Positions 38,550 to 48,226 are shown, counted from the stretch's first letter. The stretch is 64,000 bases of DNA from Acidimicrobiia bacterium (GCA_965216725.1 CBDCGI010000022.1:64438-128437), one strand, 5' to 3'. A program made the numbers and translations. The notes: generated by a model not told the origin, from the sequence alone.

Positions 38550-39799
38550 GGTCCGGCCTGGCTCTCGGACTTCGTTTCCGCCTCGGTCCGGAGCCAACCG
38601 AACGCCGAGGTTGCAACGAGCGCTGCAGACGAGGCAAGCGCAGCTGTGACGCTTATGGTTCGGGCGACCCAACCCAGCCCGGGCCCGATCGAGAGCTCGC
38701 CGAGCGATTGCGCCTGCCTGACTCCTGAAAGAACCGTTGCTCTCACACTCTCCTCGGAGTGATGATTGACCCAGGTGGTGATTAGTGGGTCGAGGACGTT
38801 GCGGGCCGCCGCCACGAGCAGGACTGCGGCTGCACCAAACAGGAAAGAAGGGGCAAAAGCGAGACCCAGCAAGGCAAGCCCGATGACGGACACCAGCGCA
38901 ACGATGGCCCTGGCAAGGGAGCGGTCATCGTCGGTGTCAACGCGGCGGCGGGCGACCTCAGAGCCGAGGATCGACAACCCCATCCCTGCGGCTCGGATCA
39001 GGCCAAACCACCCCACAAGTCCGATGCCCAACAGCACCGGGAGCGTGTACCCGTCGATTAGATGGATCGTCCACAGACGGTCGTACCCCTCAGCTGCTCC
39101 GCCCCAGATGAACATGATGATCACGATCAGCCAGAGCGATCTTCGACCTCGAACCACCCTGTAGGCCGTTTGCATCGACGTGACGAAGGCCTTCCAGGTC
39201 TCACGCTCTCCTCGGGGAGCGCGGCGAAAGTGCTGCTCCGGCATGACGACCGCCAGGACGGCGGCTAGCGAAACCATCATGGCTCCGCCCACGACGATGG
39301 GGACCGAGACGTCGTCGCGACCGAGGTAGACGGCCGCGGCCACGGCAACTAGCGACGCCCCGAGATTGAACTGCTCGCCGCGCAGATAGATCGCCCCGAG
39401 GCTTAGTCCTCTTTGGGTACGAGCGGTTTCGGTTTCGGAGGCCACCCACGCCTCATACGCCCCGCTGGTGAACGTGGCACCTATCCCAAACAGGACCTGT
39501 GAAAGGAGGACGGCTCCATACTCGGGGACCGACCCTTCGAGGATGAAGCCTGCGCCGATGAGGGCGAAGCCGGCCACAACCGACCACTTCCGGCTGTAGA
39601 CATCGGCGACGATTCCCGTAGGGATCTCAAAGAGGAAGTACGAGACCTCGAGGACTGTGCCCACCAGGACCAGCTGGAAGGGATCCAGGCCAACAACAGT
39701 GACTTGATACACGAGATTCAGGGTCACGATCAGCGACCAGGCGAAGCCGTCGATGGCCTGAGCGAACAGGTAGACCGGGTACGGCTTGAAGGAGGGCAC
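38546..39799 (-). CDS. MFS transporter
   Basis: 417 aa. Twelve hydrophobic segments with a D-R/K-x-G-R-like loop between TM2 and TM3. Confidence 0.75.
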   Translation of the reverse strand: MPSFKPYPVYLFAQAIDGFAWSLIVTLNLVYQVTVVGLDPFQLVLVGTVLEVSYFLFEIPTGIVADVYSRKWSVVAGFALIGAGFILEGSVPEYGAVLLSQVLFGIGATFTSGAYEAWVASETETARTQRGLSLGAIYLRGEQFNLGASLVAVAAAVYLGRDDVSVPIVVGGAMMVSLAAVLAVVMPEQHFRRAPRGERETWKAFVTSMQTAYRVVRGRRSLWLIVIIMFIWGGAAEGYDRLWTIHLIDGYTLPVLLGIGLVGWFGLIRAAGMGLSILGSEVARRRVDTDDDRSLARAIVALVSVIGLALLGLAFAPSFLFGAAAVLLVAAARNVLDPLITTWVNHHSEESVRATVLSGVRQAQSLGELSIGPGLGWVARTISVTAALASSAALVATSAFGWLRTEAETKSESQAGP

Positions 39800-39854
39800 G
39801 AGTGGCCCAGCTAAGCATGGGTAGTGGTTGTCTCGAAGCGCTCAGGGGATCGGG

Positions 39855-40297
39855 AAACCCTCTGCGGAGCCGGGGGCCAGCCGCACTTATCGGGCCTTGC
39901 CCCCTCCGTCGCCTGCGGCGCCACCTCCCCCAACGGTCGCTCCGCTCCCTGGGGGAGGAAATAGTTGCTCTCTTCTCCCCCCGGCGAACGAAGTGAGTAC
40001 ATGTCTCCCCCTAGCGAACGAAGTGAGCGTTGGGGGGAGTACGGCGAAGCCGGGAGGGGGGCGGGCCGCACTTATCGGGCCTTGCCCCCTCCGTCGCCTG
40101 CGGCGCCACCTCCCCCAACGGTCGCTCCGCTCCCTGGGGGAGGAAATAGTTGCTCTCTTCTCCCCCTAGCGAACGAAGTGAGCGTTGGGGGGAGTACGGC
40201 GAAGCCGGGAGGGGGGCGGGCCGCACTTATCGGGCCTTGCCCCCTCCGTCGCCTGCGGCGCCACCTCCCCCAACGGTCGCTCCGCTCCCTGGGGAGG
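39855..40297. repeat. non-coding tandem direct repeat, about 154-bp unit, about 2.6 copies; the first copy carries an internal 32-bp duplication
   Basis: Unit starts (gccgcacttatcgggccttgcccc...) at 39880, 40066 and 40220. Copies 2 and 3 are near-identical over more than 75 bp. The unit contains the inverted repeat GGGGGAG-n17-CTCCCCC and a cgaacgaagtgagcgttgg sub-motif. All six-frame ORFs here are low-complexity repeat artefacts. Confidence 0.8.
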
Positions 40298-40310
40298 GGG
40301 GCCGGCAGTC

Positions 40311-40700
40311 TCAACCGTTTCCCAGAGACACCTCGGCAACCTGGCCGTCACGAATCAGAAAACCGCGGATTTCCCCGTCGGCGGCGATCAGATAGAGCCA
40401 TTCCGGGTCCAGGGCACGCACGACGTCCTCCTCGGAGGGGATGGCGAGACCGTCGGGGTGGGAATGAAAGACACCGCTGAGCGTCCAACCTTGGCTTTCG
40501 GCATGGCGAAAGGCGCCAAAATGCTCGTCTGGGTCGATCGTGTAGGAGGTGGGCGAGGGTCGGCTGTTGGTGAGGAGGTAGGCGAATCGGACGTTGGAAT
40601 CGCCGTCGGAGGCGATCAGGCCGCAGCACTCGTCGGGCGCGCACAAGTCAGCATGGGCGAGGATCGCTTGCCGAATCTGGTCAGGAAGCCGAGGAGGCAC
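40311..40700 (-). CDS. JAMM/MPN+ family zinc isopeptidase (Mec+/CysO-cysteine peptidase-like)
   Basis: 129 aa. Conserved Glu (PDECCG) and JAMM motif HSHPDGLAIPSEED (H-x-H-x7-S-x2-D). Confidence 0.75.
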   Translation of the reverse strand: MPPRLPDQIRQAILAHADLCAPDECCGLIASDGDSNVRFAYLLTNSRPSPTSYTIDPDEHFGAFRHAESQGWTLSGVFHSHPDGLAIPSEEDVVRALDPEWLYLIAADGEIRGFLIRDGQVAEVSLGNG

Positions 40701-41862
40701 GGTCGACGTTCCCCGCGGGCACGCAGCTCTGGTCGTACTCGACGATCCTGGGTGGCCGGTCCGCGTCCGAGCACGCGGGGCAGTTCGGGTCGCGGTCGAT
40801 TTGAACCGTGTTGAACTCCTGCTCGAGGGCGTCGTAAATCAACAGGCGCCCTACCAGCGTGTCACCGATTTCGAGCAGCGCCTTGATGGCCTCCATCGCT
40901 TCTATGGAGCCGATGATTCCGGGTAACACTCCGAGCACGCCTGCCTCTGCGCACGATGGTGCGATCTCGGGAGGAGGGGCCTCAGGGAACAGGCATCGAT
41001 AACAGGGCCCCTGGTAGGGATGAAAGACCGAGACCTGGCCTTCGAACCTGAAGATCGCCCCGTGGACTACCGGGATCTTGAGGTGTAGCGAAGCGTCGTT
41101 GACAAGGTAGCGGGTTGGGAAGTTGTCCCCGCCGTCGACTACGAGGTCGTAGCCGCCCATTATCTCCAAGGCATTGTCGGCCGAGAGCCGGTCGGTGTGA
41201 GTCTCGACCTTGACGTCGGGGTTGAGGGCAGACAAGGTTTCCCGGGCAGATTCGGTCTTGTTCATCCCGACCCGGTCGAGATTGTGCAGGACCTGGCGTT
41301 GCAGGTTGGTCGCGTCAACCACGTCGTAGTCGACGATCCCGATCGTGCCCACACCTGCCGCAGCCAGGTAAAGAGCAGCGGGCGAGCCCAGCCCGCCCGC
41401 TCCCACCAAGAGAACCCTTGAGCCAAGAAGGCGGGTTTGTCCCTCTTCGCCTACCTCAGGCAGCAGGACGTGTCTCGAGTAGCGGGTGCGCTGGTCGGCG
41501 GTCAAGCCCTCATCGGTGGACCATCGCAGGCCTTCTGTCTTCCACTGCTCGAACCCTCCCGCCAGGGACGCCACATCCTCGTATCCCATGGCCTTCAGGG
41601 TTTGCGCAGCAAGCGCTGAGCGGTGCCCGGCCGCACAGTAAGCCACGATCGGCGTGGAGGTGTCGGGTATGACCGTGGCGACATCCCGCTCGATCAAGCC
41701 ACGAGGAATCAATCTGGCTCCGGGTATCGCGCCCTGCGAGTGCTCGTCTGCCTCGCGCACGTCGAGCACCAGGACCTCGTCCATCCGCTGCGACAGCTGT
41801 GTTGGTGTGATCTCTACGATGGCGGCCTTGGCGGCGTCGACAAGCTCGCGGTAGGAAGTCAT
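40681..41862 (-). CDS. rhodanese-ThiF/MoeB E1-like sulfurtransferase/adenylyltransferase (MoeZ-like, reversed domain order)
   Basis: Start re-chosen at MTSYRELV. The N-terminal rhodanese has active-site YCAAGHRS. The MoeB/ThiF domain has the GAGGLGS nucleotide loop and Zn motif CYRC..CPAC. The start overlaps the aceE stop. Confidence 0.8.
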   Translation of the reverse strand: MTSYRELVDAAKAAIVEITPTQLSQRMDEVLVLDVREADEHSQGAIPGARLIPRGLIERDVATVIPDTSTPIVAYCAAGHRSALAAQTLKAMGYEDVASLAGGFEQWKTEGLRWSTDEGLTADQRTRYSRHVLLPEVGEEGQTRLLGSRVLLVGAGGLGSPAALYLAAAGVGTIGIVDYDVVDATNLQRQVLHNLDRVGMNKTESARETLSALNPDVKVETHTDRLSADNALEIMGGYDLVVDGGDNFPTRYLVNDASLHLKIPVVHGAIFRFEGQVSVFHPYQGPCYRCLFPEAPPPEIAPSCAEAGVLGVLPGIIGSIEAMEAIKALLEIGDTLVGRLLIYDALEQEFNTVQIDRDPNCPACSDADRPPRIVEYDQSCVPAGNVDRASSAS

Positions 41863-44582
41863 TGGTGGGCGTGAGCCGGATCGGGGCTGTCGGGGTCGAT
41901 CCCATATCGATTGAGAGCATCGACCACCGCTTCCCTCTTGATCAGTCCGTCTGCCGCCAAAGCCGACAACGTGGTGACCACGATGTTTCCGGCGTCGATC
42001 TCGAAGAACCGGCGAAGAGCTTCCCTGGAGTCCGAGCGGCCAAAGCCATCGGTGCCCAGCGTGTAGTAGCGCTGGGGGATCCACCTGGATATCTGATCCG
42101 GGACGGCCTTCATGAAGTCGGTGACGGCGATCACCGGACCGGTCACTTCCGCAAGTGTTTGGGTGACTCTGGGTGTCCGGCCGGGCTCGTCGGGGTGCAA
42201 CATGTTCCAGCGATCTACCGTCAGTGCCTCTTCACGAAGTCGTTTGTAAGAGGTGGCCGACCACAGCTCGGCCTCTACCCCGTAGTGATCGGCAAGTTCG
42301 CTCGCTGCCTCTCGGGCGGCCAGGTTCGCCGAGCCAGAGAAGAGGATGGCCGGGACGCTGGGCCCGTCACTAGACGCGGGCCGCCATCGGTACAGGCCGT
42401 CGACGATTCCCTCGGCGACACCGTCCGGCCGCTCGGGTTGCGGATAGTTCTCGTTGTAGAGGGTCAGGTAATAAAAGACATCTTCGGGCTCAGGTCCGTA
42501 CATCCGCTCAATGCCGTGTTCGATGATGGTTCCGACCTCGTAGGCAAACGCCGGGTCGTACGCCTCGCACACCGGGACAGTGGAGGCGAGTATCAGGCTG
42601 TGGCCGTCCTGGTGCTGCAGCCCTTCTCCTTGGAGAGTGGTCCGGCCGGCGGTGGCGCCAAGCAGGAATCCACGAGCGCGGGAATCAGCCGCAGACCAGA
42701 TGAGATCGCCCACCCTTTGGAACCCGAACATCGAATAGAAGATGAAGAACGGAACCATGGGGATCCCTCGGGTGGCATATGAAGTCGCGGCGGCGATCCA
42801 TGATGCGAGAGACCCTGCCTCGGTGATTCCCTCCTCGAGAATCTGCCCGTCCTGGCTCTCGGAGTAGGAGAGGAGCATCGAAGCATCGACCGGCTCGTAC
42901 AGCTGGCCCTGAGAGGCGTAGATCTTCAGTTCTCGGAAGAGGGAGTCCATGCCAAAGGTCCTGGCCTCGTCGGGGACGATCGGGACAACATGTGGGCCGA
43001 ATCCTTCGGCGCGCGCCAGGCTGCGGAGCAAGCGGGTGAACGCTGATGTGGTGGAAGCCTCTACTTTGCCGGAGCCTGAATAGACCTCGGCATAGGTCTC
43101 GGTCGAGGGCAGATCGAGCACCGGCGGCCTCACGATCCTGGAGGGAAGCGGGCCGCCCAACTCGTCGCGTCTCTGTCGCAGATACTCGTGCTCGGGGGTG
43201 CCGGGGCCGGGCCGGTAGTAGGGCGGCTCACGATCCCCATGGAGGGAGTCTTCGGGAATCTCCTTCTCGAGATGCAGAGTTGCCCGCAGTTCGAGCAGCT
43301 GCTTGTTGGTCAGCTCTTTGATCTGATGAGTGGCGTTGCGCCCTTCCACATCGGGGCCGAGAGTCCAGCCTTTGATCGTCTTGGCAAGGATCACCGTTGG
43401 CTTGCCGTTGTCCAGCTCGGTCGCCACTTTGTAGGCGGCATAGATCTTTCTGAAGTCGAGGCCTCCCCGACGCAGCGCCCAAACCTCGTCGTCTGTCATG
43501 TGGGAGACCAACTCCTTGGTCCGTGGGTCTTTGCCGAAGAAGTGGTCTCGCACAAAGGCTCCGTCTTCGGCTTTGTAACGCTGGTACTCGCCGTCGACGG
43601 TGGTGTTCATGACGTTGACGAGGGCACCTTCGACGTCTCGGGCGAGGAGTGCGTCCCAGCCGCTTCCCCAGATCACCTTGATGACGTTCCATCCCGCACC
43701 CCGAAACACCGCCTCGAGCTCGGTGATGATCTGTCCATTCCCGCGGACCGGGCCGTCGAGCCGCTGCAGATTGCAGTTGACCACCCAGGTCAGGTTGTCG
43801 AGACGCTCCCTTGACGCCAGGGAGATAGCGCCCAAGGTCTCGGGTTCGTCGGTTTCACCGTCGCCCAGGAAACACCAGATGCGTGAGTTTGAGGTGTCGT
43901 CAATGTCCCGATTGCCCAGGTACTTGTTGAAACGGGCGTGGTAAATCGAGTTGATCGGACCCAGCCCCATCGACACCGTCGGGAACTCCCAGAAATCTGG
44001 CATGAGACGGGGGTGGGGATAGGAGCTGAGGCCATCGTTGCCTATCTCGGCACGGAAATTGTCGAGGTGCTTTTCGTCAAACCTTCCCTCCAGGTAAGCC
44101 CGGGCGTAAATTCCAGGGGCGGCATGCCCCTGGAAATAGACGTGGTCGCCTCCACCGGGAGCATTCTTCCCTCGGAAGAAGTGGTTGAAGCCGATCTCAT
44201 AGAGGGTGGCCGATGAAGCGAAAGTGGAAAGGTGGCCGCCGATGCCCTTTTCCCGGTGGTTGGCCTTCACCACCATCACTGCGGCGTTCCACCTGATGAA
44301 GCGACGGATTCGCCTCTCGATGTGCTCGTCACCGGGAAATTCAGGCTCTTCCTCCGGGGGGATCGTGTTGATATACGGTGTGGTGACACCGCCGGGGATG
44401 CCCAGGTTCGTCTCGTGGGCCCGCTCGATCAGTTTGGCGACCAGGTATCGGGCCCGGTCGTGGCCCTGTTCGGCGGCGACCGCGTCAAGTGACTCGATCC
44501 ATTCCGCAGTCTCTACGGGATCGTTGTCGGGTAGCTGATTGACGTACTCGTCGCCGAGGGTTTGCCCGAGGTCGCCTGACAT
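41859..44582 (-). CDS. aceE: pyruvate dehydrogenase E1 component (homodimeric AceE type)
   Basis: Start re-chosen at MSGDLGQTLGDEYVN. About 908 aa. The ThDP-binding GDG..N region is present. N- and C-terminal regions align to AceE. Confidence 0.9.
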   Translation of the reverse strand: MSGDLGQTLGDEYVNQLPDNDPVETAEWIESLDAVAAEQGHDRARYLVAKLIERAHETNLGIPGGVTTPYINTIPPEEEPEFPGDEHIERRIRRFIRWNAAVMVVKANHREKGIGGHLSTFASSATLYEIGFNHFFRGKNAPGGGDHVYFQGHAAPGIYARAYLEGRFDEKHLDNFRAEIGNDGLSSYPHPRLMPDFWEFPTVSMGLGPINSIYHARFNKYLGNRDIDDTSNSRIWCFLGDGETDEPETLGAISLASRERLDNLTWVVNCNLQRLDGPVRGNGQIITELEAVFRGAGWNVIKVIWGSGWDALLARDVEGALVNVMNTTVDGEYQRYKAEDGAFVRDHFFGKDPRTKELVSHMTDDEVWALRRGGLDFRKIYAAYKVATELDNGKPTVILAKTIKGWTLGPDVEGRNATHQIKELTNKQLLELRATLHLEKEIPEDSLHGDREPPYYRPGPGTPEHEYLRQRRDELGGPLPSRIVRPPVLDLPSTETYAEVYSGSGKVEASTTSAFTRLLRSLARAEGFGPHVVPIVPDEARTFGMDSLFRELKIYASQGQLYEPVDASMLLSYSESQDGQILEEGITEAGSLASWIAAATSYATRGIPMVPFFIFYSMFGFQRVGDLIWSAADSRARGFLLGATAGRTTLQGEGLQHQDGHSLILASTVPVCEAYDPAFAYEVGTIIEHGIERMYGPEPEDVFYYLTLYNENYPQPERPDGVAEGIVDGLYRWRPASSDGPSVPAILFSGSANLAAREAASELADHYGVEAELWSATSYKRLREEALTVDRWNMLHPDEPGRTPRVTQTLAEVTGPVIAVTDFMKAVPDQISRWIPQRYYTLGTDGFGRSDSREALRRFFEIDAGNIVVTTLSALAADGLIKREAVVDALNRYGIDPDSPDPAHAHQ

Positions 44583-44595
44583 GTGTCGAAGCCTA

Positions 44596-44617
44596 ATCCC
44601 CACCCCGACATGGGGAT
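44596..44617. promoter_or_regulatory. perfect 7-bp inverted repeat ATCCCCA-n8-TGGGGAT in the aceE / radical SAM divergent intergenic region (candidate operator)
   Basis: Seen directly in the sequence, 14 bp upstream of the aceE start codon on the opposite strand. Confidence 0.3.
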
Positions 44618-44679
44618 TTGGGCGCACCCTCGGTTCCATGGGCCATCAGCCCGTGAATTGGCCTGCTGCGCTGGGTTAG

Positions 44680-46089
44680 GTGCCGATTCCCCGGGCTTAC
44701 ACTCGTCGGGTGCGGATCCTTCTCATCTCAACGTATGAGCTCGGGCGGCAACCCGTTCACGTTGCCTCCCCGGCGGCAGCGCTGTCCGCAGCCGGACACC
44801 GGGTCGAGGTGGTGGATCTTGCGGTCGAGCAATTGACCTGGCATCTCCTTGGCTGGTGCGACGCGGTCGCGATATCGGTGCCGATGCATACCGCAATGAG
44901 ACTCGCTGTCACGACCGCCAGCCAGATCAAAGTGGAGCGACCCCAGGTTCCAGTTGCCTTCTACGGCCTTTATGCCGGTGTCGGGGCCGAGGAGTCTTTG
45001 GGCGGGGTGGCCGACAGACTGATCGTGGGTGAATATGAGGCTGGGCTTGTTTCTTGGGCCGCTGACCTCAGTCGTGGACTGACTCACGACATTCAGCGAA
45101 CGACCTTCTTGATTCCCGACAGAGGTGGCCTCCCCGGCCTCGAGAGCTATGCCCGTCTGGAATGGGAGGGCGAGGCGCGACTGGTTGGCGCCGTCGAGGC
45201 GTCGCACGGGTGTCGCCACCGTTGCCGACATTGCCCGATTCCTGTGGTGTACGACGGTAGGTGGCGACCGGTGGGTCACGAGGTCGTTCTCGATGACATC
45301 GACCAGCTTGCGAGTGCGGGCGCACAGCACATCACGTTTGCGGATCCGGATTTCTTGAATGCCCCCCGTTACTCGATGGACGTGCTGCGTGCCGCTCATG
45401 ACGAACATCCGGATCTGACCTTTGACGTGACGGTGAAGGTCTCCCATATCCTCGACCACCGCGATTTGCTCCCGGTCATGGCAGATCTCGGAGTGCTTTT
45501 CATTGTCAGCGCATTCGAGACCGTCGATGAGCCTTCCCTGAAGATCCTGGACAAAGGGCACTCAAGCCGCGGTATGAGCCAGGCAACAAGTCTCGTATTG
45601 GACGCAGGTATGTGGATTCGCCCGACCTGGCTTCCCTTCTTTCCCTGGACCGAGCCTCAGCACGTGGCCGGGATCGCCGAGTTCATCGACGATCACCGGC
45701 TGTGGGAAGCCACCGAGCCGGTGCAGCTGGCCCTGAGGCTTCTGGTTCCCGAAGGCTCCCTTCTCGAGAAGCACCCCGAAGCACGCCGGCACCTCATGGC
45801 ATATGAGCCTGAGGAGCTGACGTGGACGTGGGAGTTCGCCAACTCGGACACAGCGCTGATCCACAAGCAATTGGACGAGCTCGCCACCGAAGCAGCGGAA
45901 TGCGGGGAGGAGGCGATGCGCACCCTCTCTCGAATGCGACGGGTCCTGTTCTCTGGGAGGGCGACCGCGAACGACTCGATGCCTGCAGGTGACCGAGTTC
46001 CCCGTCTCACCGAGAGCTGGTTCTGTTGCGCCGAGCCACGACCCTCTCAACTGGTGTCGATAGGAAGCAAAGATCTACAGTCGAGTTGA
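44680..46089 (+). CDS. CUAEP/CCAEP-tail radical SAM protein with N-terminal B12-binding-like domain
   Basis: Radical SAM cluster motif CRHRCRHC (CxxxCxxC). The N-terminal Rossmann-like domain resembles cobalamin-binding domains of class B radical SAM enzymes. The C-terminal tail is ..ESWFCCAEPRPSQ. Alternative GTG start at 44710. Confidence 0.7.
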   Translation: MPIPRAYTRRVRILLISTYELGRQPVHVASPAAALSAAGHRVEVVDLAVEQLTWHLLGWCDAVAISVPMHTAMRLAVTTASQIKVERPQVPVAFYGLYAGVGAEESLGGVADRLIVGEYEAGLVSWAADLSRGLTHDIQRTTFLIPDRGGLPGLESYARLEWEGEARLVGAVEASHGCRHRCRHCPIPVVYDGRWRPVGHEVVLDDIDQLASAGAQHITFADPDFLNAPRYSMDVLRAAHDEHPDLTFDVTVKVSHILDHRDLLPVMADLGVLFIVSAFETVDEPSLKILDKGHSSRGMSQATSLVLDAGMWIRPTWLPFFPWTEPQHVAGIAEFIDDHRLWEATEPVQLALRLLVPEGSLLEKHPEARRHLMAYEPEELTWTWEFANSDTALIHKQLDELATEAAECGEEAMRTLSRMRRVLFSGRATANDSMPAGDRVPRLTESWFCCAEPRPSQLVSIGSKDLQSS

Positions 46090-46106
46090 CGGATCGAGGA
46101 GATCGC

Positions 46107-47039
46107 TTGACTGCAGTGCTCACAGCTGAAGGCCTGAAAAAGACATTCGGCGACCTGGTGGCCGTGAACGACGTCAGCTTCTCAATCGACCGCGGAGAGA
46201 CATTCGGGCTGCTTGGGCCCAACGGGGCCGGGAAGACAACTTCGATCTCGATGGTGGCCGGGCTTCTCGAATCCGACGCGGGGACGGTGACCGTTGCCGG
46301 CGAGGAGATCACCACTTCATCGGTGAAAGGCAAAGGGGCCATTGGTCTGGTCCCTCAAGACCTTGCGATCTACCCAGATCTGACGGCTCGTGAGAATCTT
46401 CGCTTTTTCGGTCGCCTGTATGGGATTGACCAACTCGACGATCGTGTGGATGACGTTTTGGGTGTGATCGGGCTCAGCGACCGGGCCGGCGATCTCACCA
46501 AAGAGTTCAGCGGTGGCATGAAGCGGCGTTTGAACATCGGGATCGGCCTCTTGCACCGGCCCGAGCTGCTGATTCTGGACGAGCCGACCGTGGGCGTGGA
46601 TCCTCAATCTCGCAACGCGATCCTGGAGTCGGTTGAGGCTCTTAGTGTCGAAGGCATGGCCGTGCTGTACACGACCCACTACATGGAAGAAGCCGAGCGC
46701 CTCTGCGACCGGGTCGCAATAATCGATGAAGGCCAGGTGAAGGCCGAAGGGACACGTCGAGAGTTGGTGTCCATGGTCGGGGGTAAGGACACCGTGACCA
46801 TGGCCGGAAGCGGCAACCTGGCCTCTGCTGCGGAATCTATTCGGTCGATGGCGGATGTGGCCGGTGCTTCGGTGTCTGACCATCAGATAGAGGTCCTGGC
46901 GACGAATGCATCGTCGCTGCTTCCCGGGATGTTGACCAAGGCCTCATCGGCGGGAGCCTCGGTCTCCAGCGTCGATATCAAGGAGCCCAATCTGGAGGCT
47001 GTCTTCCTCCATCTGACCGGCAAAGCGTTGCGGGACTGA
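46107..47039 (+). CDS. ABC transporter ATP-binding protein
   Basis: Walker A GPNGAGKTT, signature LSGGMKRR, Walker B LLILDEPT. TTG start 5 nt after a GAGGAG RBS. Confidence 0.85.
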   Translation: MTAVLTAEGLKKTFGDLVAVNDVSFSIDRGETFGLLGPNGAGKTTSISMVAGLLESDAGTVTVAGEEITTSSVKGKGAIGLVPQDLAIYPDLTARENLRFFGRLYGIDQLDDRVDDVLGVIGLSDRAGDLTKEFSGGMKRRLNIGIGLLHRPELLILDEPTVGVDPQSRNAILESVEALSVEGMAVLYTTHYMEEAERLCDRVAIIDEGQVKAEGTRRELVSMVGGKDTVTMAGSGNLASAAESIRSMADVAGASVSDHQIEVLATNASSLLPGMLTKASSAGASVSSVDIKEPNLEAVFLHLTGKALRD

Positions 47040-47041
47040 AC

Positions 47042-48226
47042 GTGTCGGCCGCCGGCAAGATCGCAGGAAAGGACCTGCGGCTCAGGGTTCGGGACCGCTC
47101 GGTATTCATCCTCGCCATCATCGTGCCGCTGGGCCTGTCACTCATCTTTGACGCTGTGTTTGGCTCGGCGTTCGAGGGCATCGACCTCAACTTGGAGTAC
47201 GGGGTTGTGGACGAGGACGAGAGCGAGGTCTCAACTGCCTTTGTTGACACTCTGAGCCAGATCGAGGCCGACGGGCTCTTCGCTCTCACCGTCTATGAGG
47301 ACCGCGACTCGGCGATTGCCGACGTTGAAAACTCGACCCAGAACGCAGTGTTCTTGCTGACCGAGGGTGTCGGGTCCGGTGTTGCCGGCGGTGCCCCGGG
47401 CGTCATCGAAATCGTAGGCGACATCGATGCGCCAACTTCCACAGAGATCGCCACCTCGATCGCGGAGCAGTTTGCCTCAGGGGTGGAGACCGCACAGCTG
47501 TCGGTGTCGACGGCGGCCATCCTCAGTGGAGAGGCACCTGGTCCGGACCAGATAGAGCAGTGGACGGATTCTGCAATTGCCGCCGGCCAACCCTTCGCGC
47601 TGGTCGACGAGTCAGCCGCCACGCGCCAGTTGGACGGCGCCACCTACTTCTCGGCTGGGATGGCCGTCTTCTTTCTCTTCTTCACGGTCCAGTTCGGAGT
47701 GTCAGGCCTTCTCGAGGAAGAGAGAGAGGGAACCCTTGCCCGGCTCATGGCAGCACCGATACCTCGCCTCGCAGTGGTTCTCGGCAAGGCAATCCTCGCC
47801 TTCGTGATCGGAGTTGTGGCCACCACGGTCCTGATCGTGGCGACGACGATCCTCGTCGGAGCCGACTGGGGTGCCCCTCTCGGCGTCGCCATGTTGGTGG
47901 TCGCCGGAGTCTTGTGTGCCATCGGAGTCATGGGCCTGGTGGCGTCCGTGGCCAATTCTCCCGAAGGCGCAGGAAATGTGGGTGCGATCATCGCAGTGAT
48001 CCTGGGCATGCTCGGTGGCGTCTTCTTCCCGATTGGGAGCGGAGACGATTTCCTGTCCAAGCTCCAATTCATCACTCCACATGCCTGGTTCATGAGAGGC
48101 CTGGGGAATCTGGCCGACGGCGCTCCATGGACCGATGCTCTCCCGGCGGTGGCCGCGCTTCTCCTCTTCGCCGCCGTGACCGGGTTTGCCTCTTGGGTGT
48201 TTCTCAGGAGGCGGTACCGCGGATGA
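47042..48226 (+). CDS. ABC-2 family transporter permease
   Basis: 394 aa. An N-terminal TM segment, a large extracytoplasmic loop, then five TM segments, which is the ABC-2 topology. GTG start 3 nt after the ATPase stop. Confidence 0.7.
   Translation: MSAAGKIAGKDLRLRVRDRSVFILAIIVPLGLSLIFDAVFGSAFEGIDLNLEYGVVDEDESEVSTAFVDTLSQIEADGLFALTVYEDRDSAIADVENSTQNAVFLLTEGVGSGVAGGAPGVIEIVGDIDAPTSTEIATSIAEQFASGVETAQLSVSTAAILSGEAPGPDQIEQWTDSAIAAGQPFALVDESAATRQLDGATYFSAGMAVFFLFFTVQFGVSGLLEEEREGTLARLMAAPIPRLAVVLGKAILAFVIGVVATTVLIVATTILVGADWGAPLGVAMLVVAGVLCAIGVMGLVASVANSPEGAGNVGAIIAVILGMLGGVFFPIGSGDDFLSKLQFITPHAWFMRGLGNLADGAPWTDALPAVAALLLFAAVTGFASWVFLRRRYRG

Noticed and set aside
39855-40297. Possible CRISPR array
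   Set aside because: The repeats are about 154 bp and directly abutting with no unique spacers, and there are no cas genes nearby. It is a tandem direct repeat, not CRISPR.
39828-40480. Several overlapping ORFs (113 to 171 aa) on both strands across the 39.8-40.3 kb region
   Set aside because: All lie within the 154-bp tandem repeat. Products are Pro/Gly/Ala/Arg low-complexity strings repeated with the DNA period, so the repeat is non-coding.
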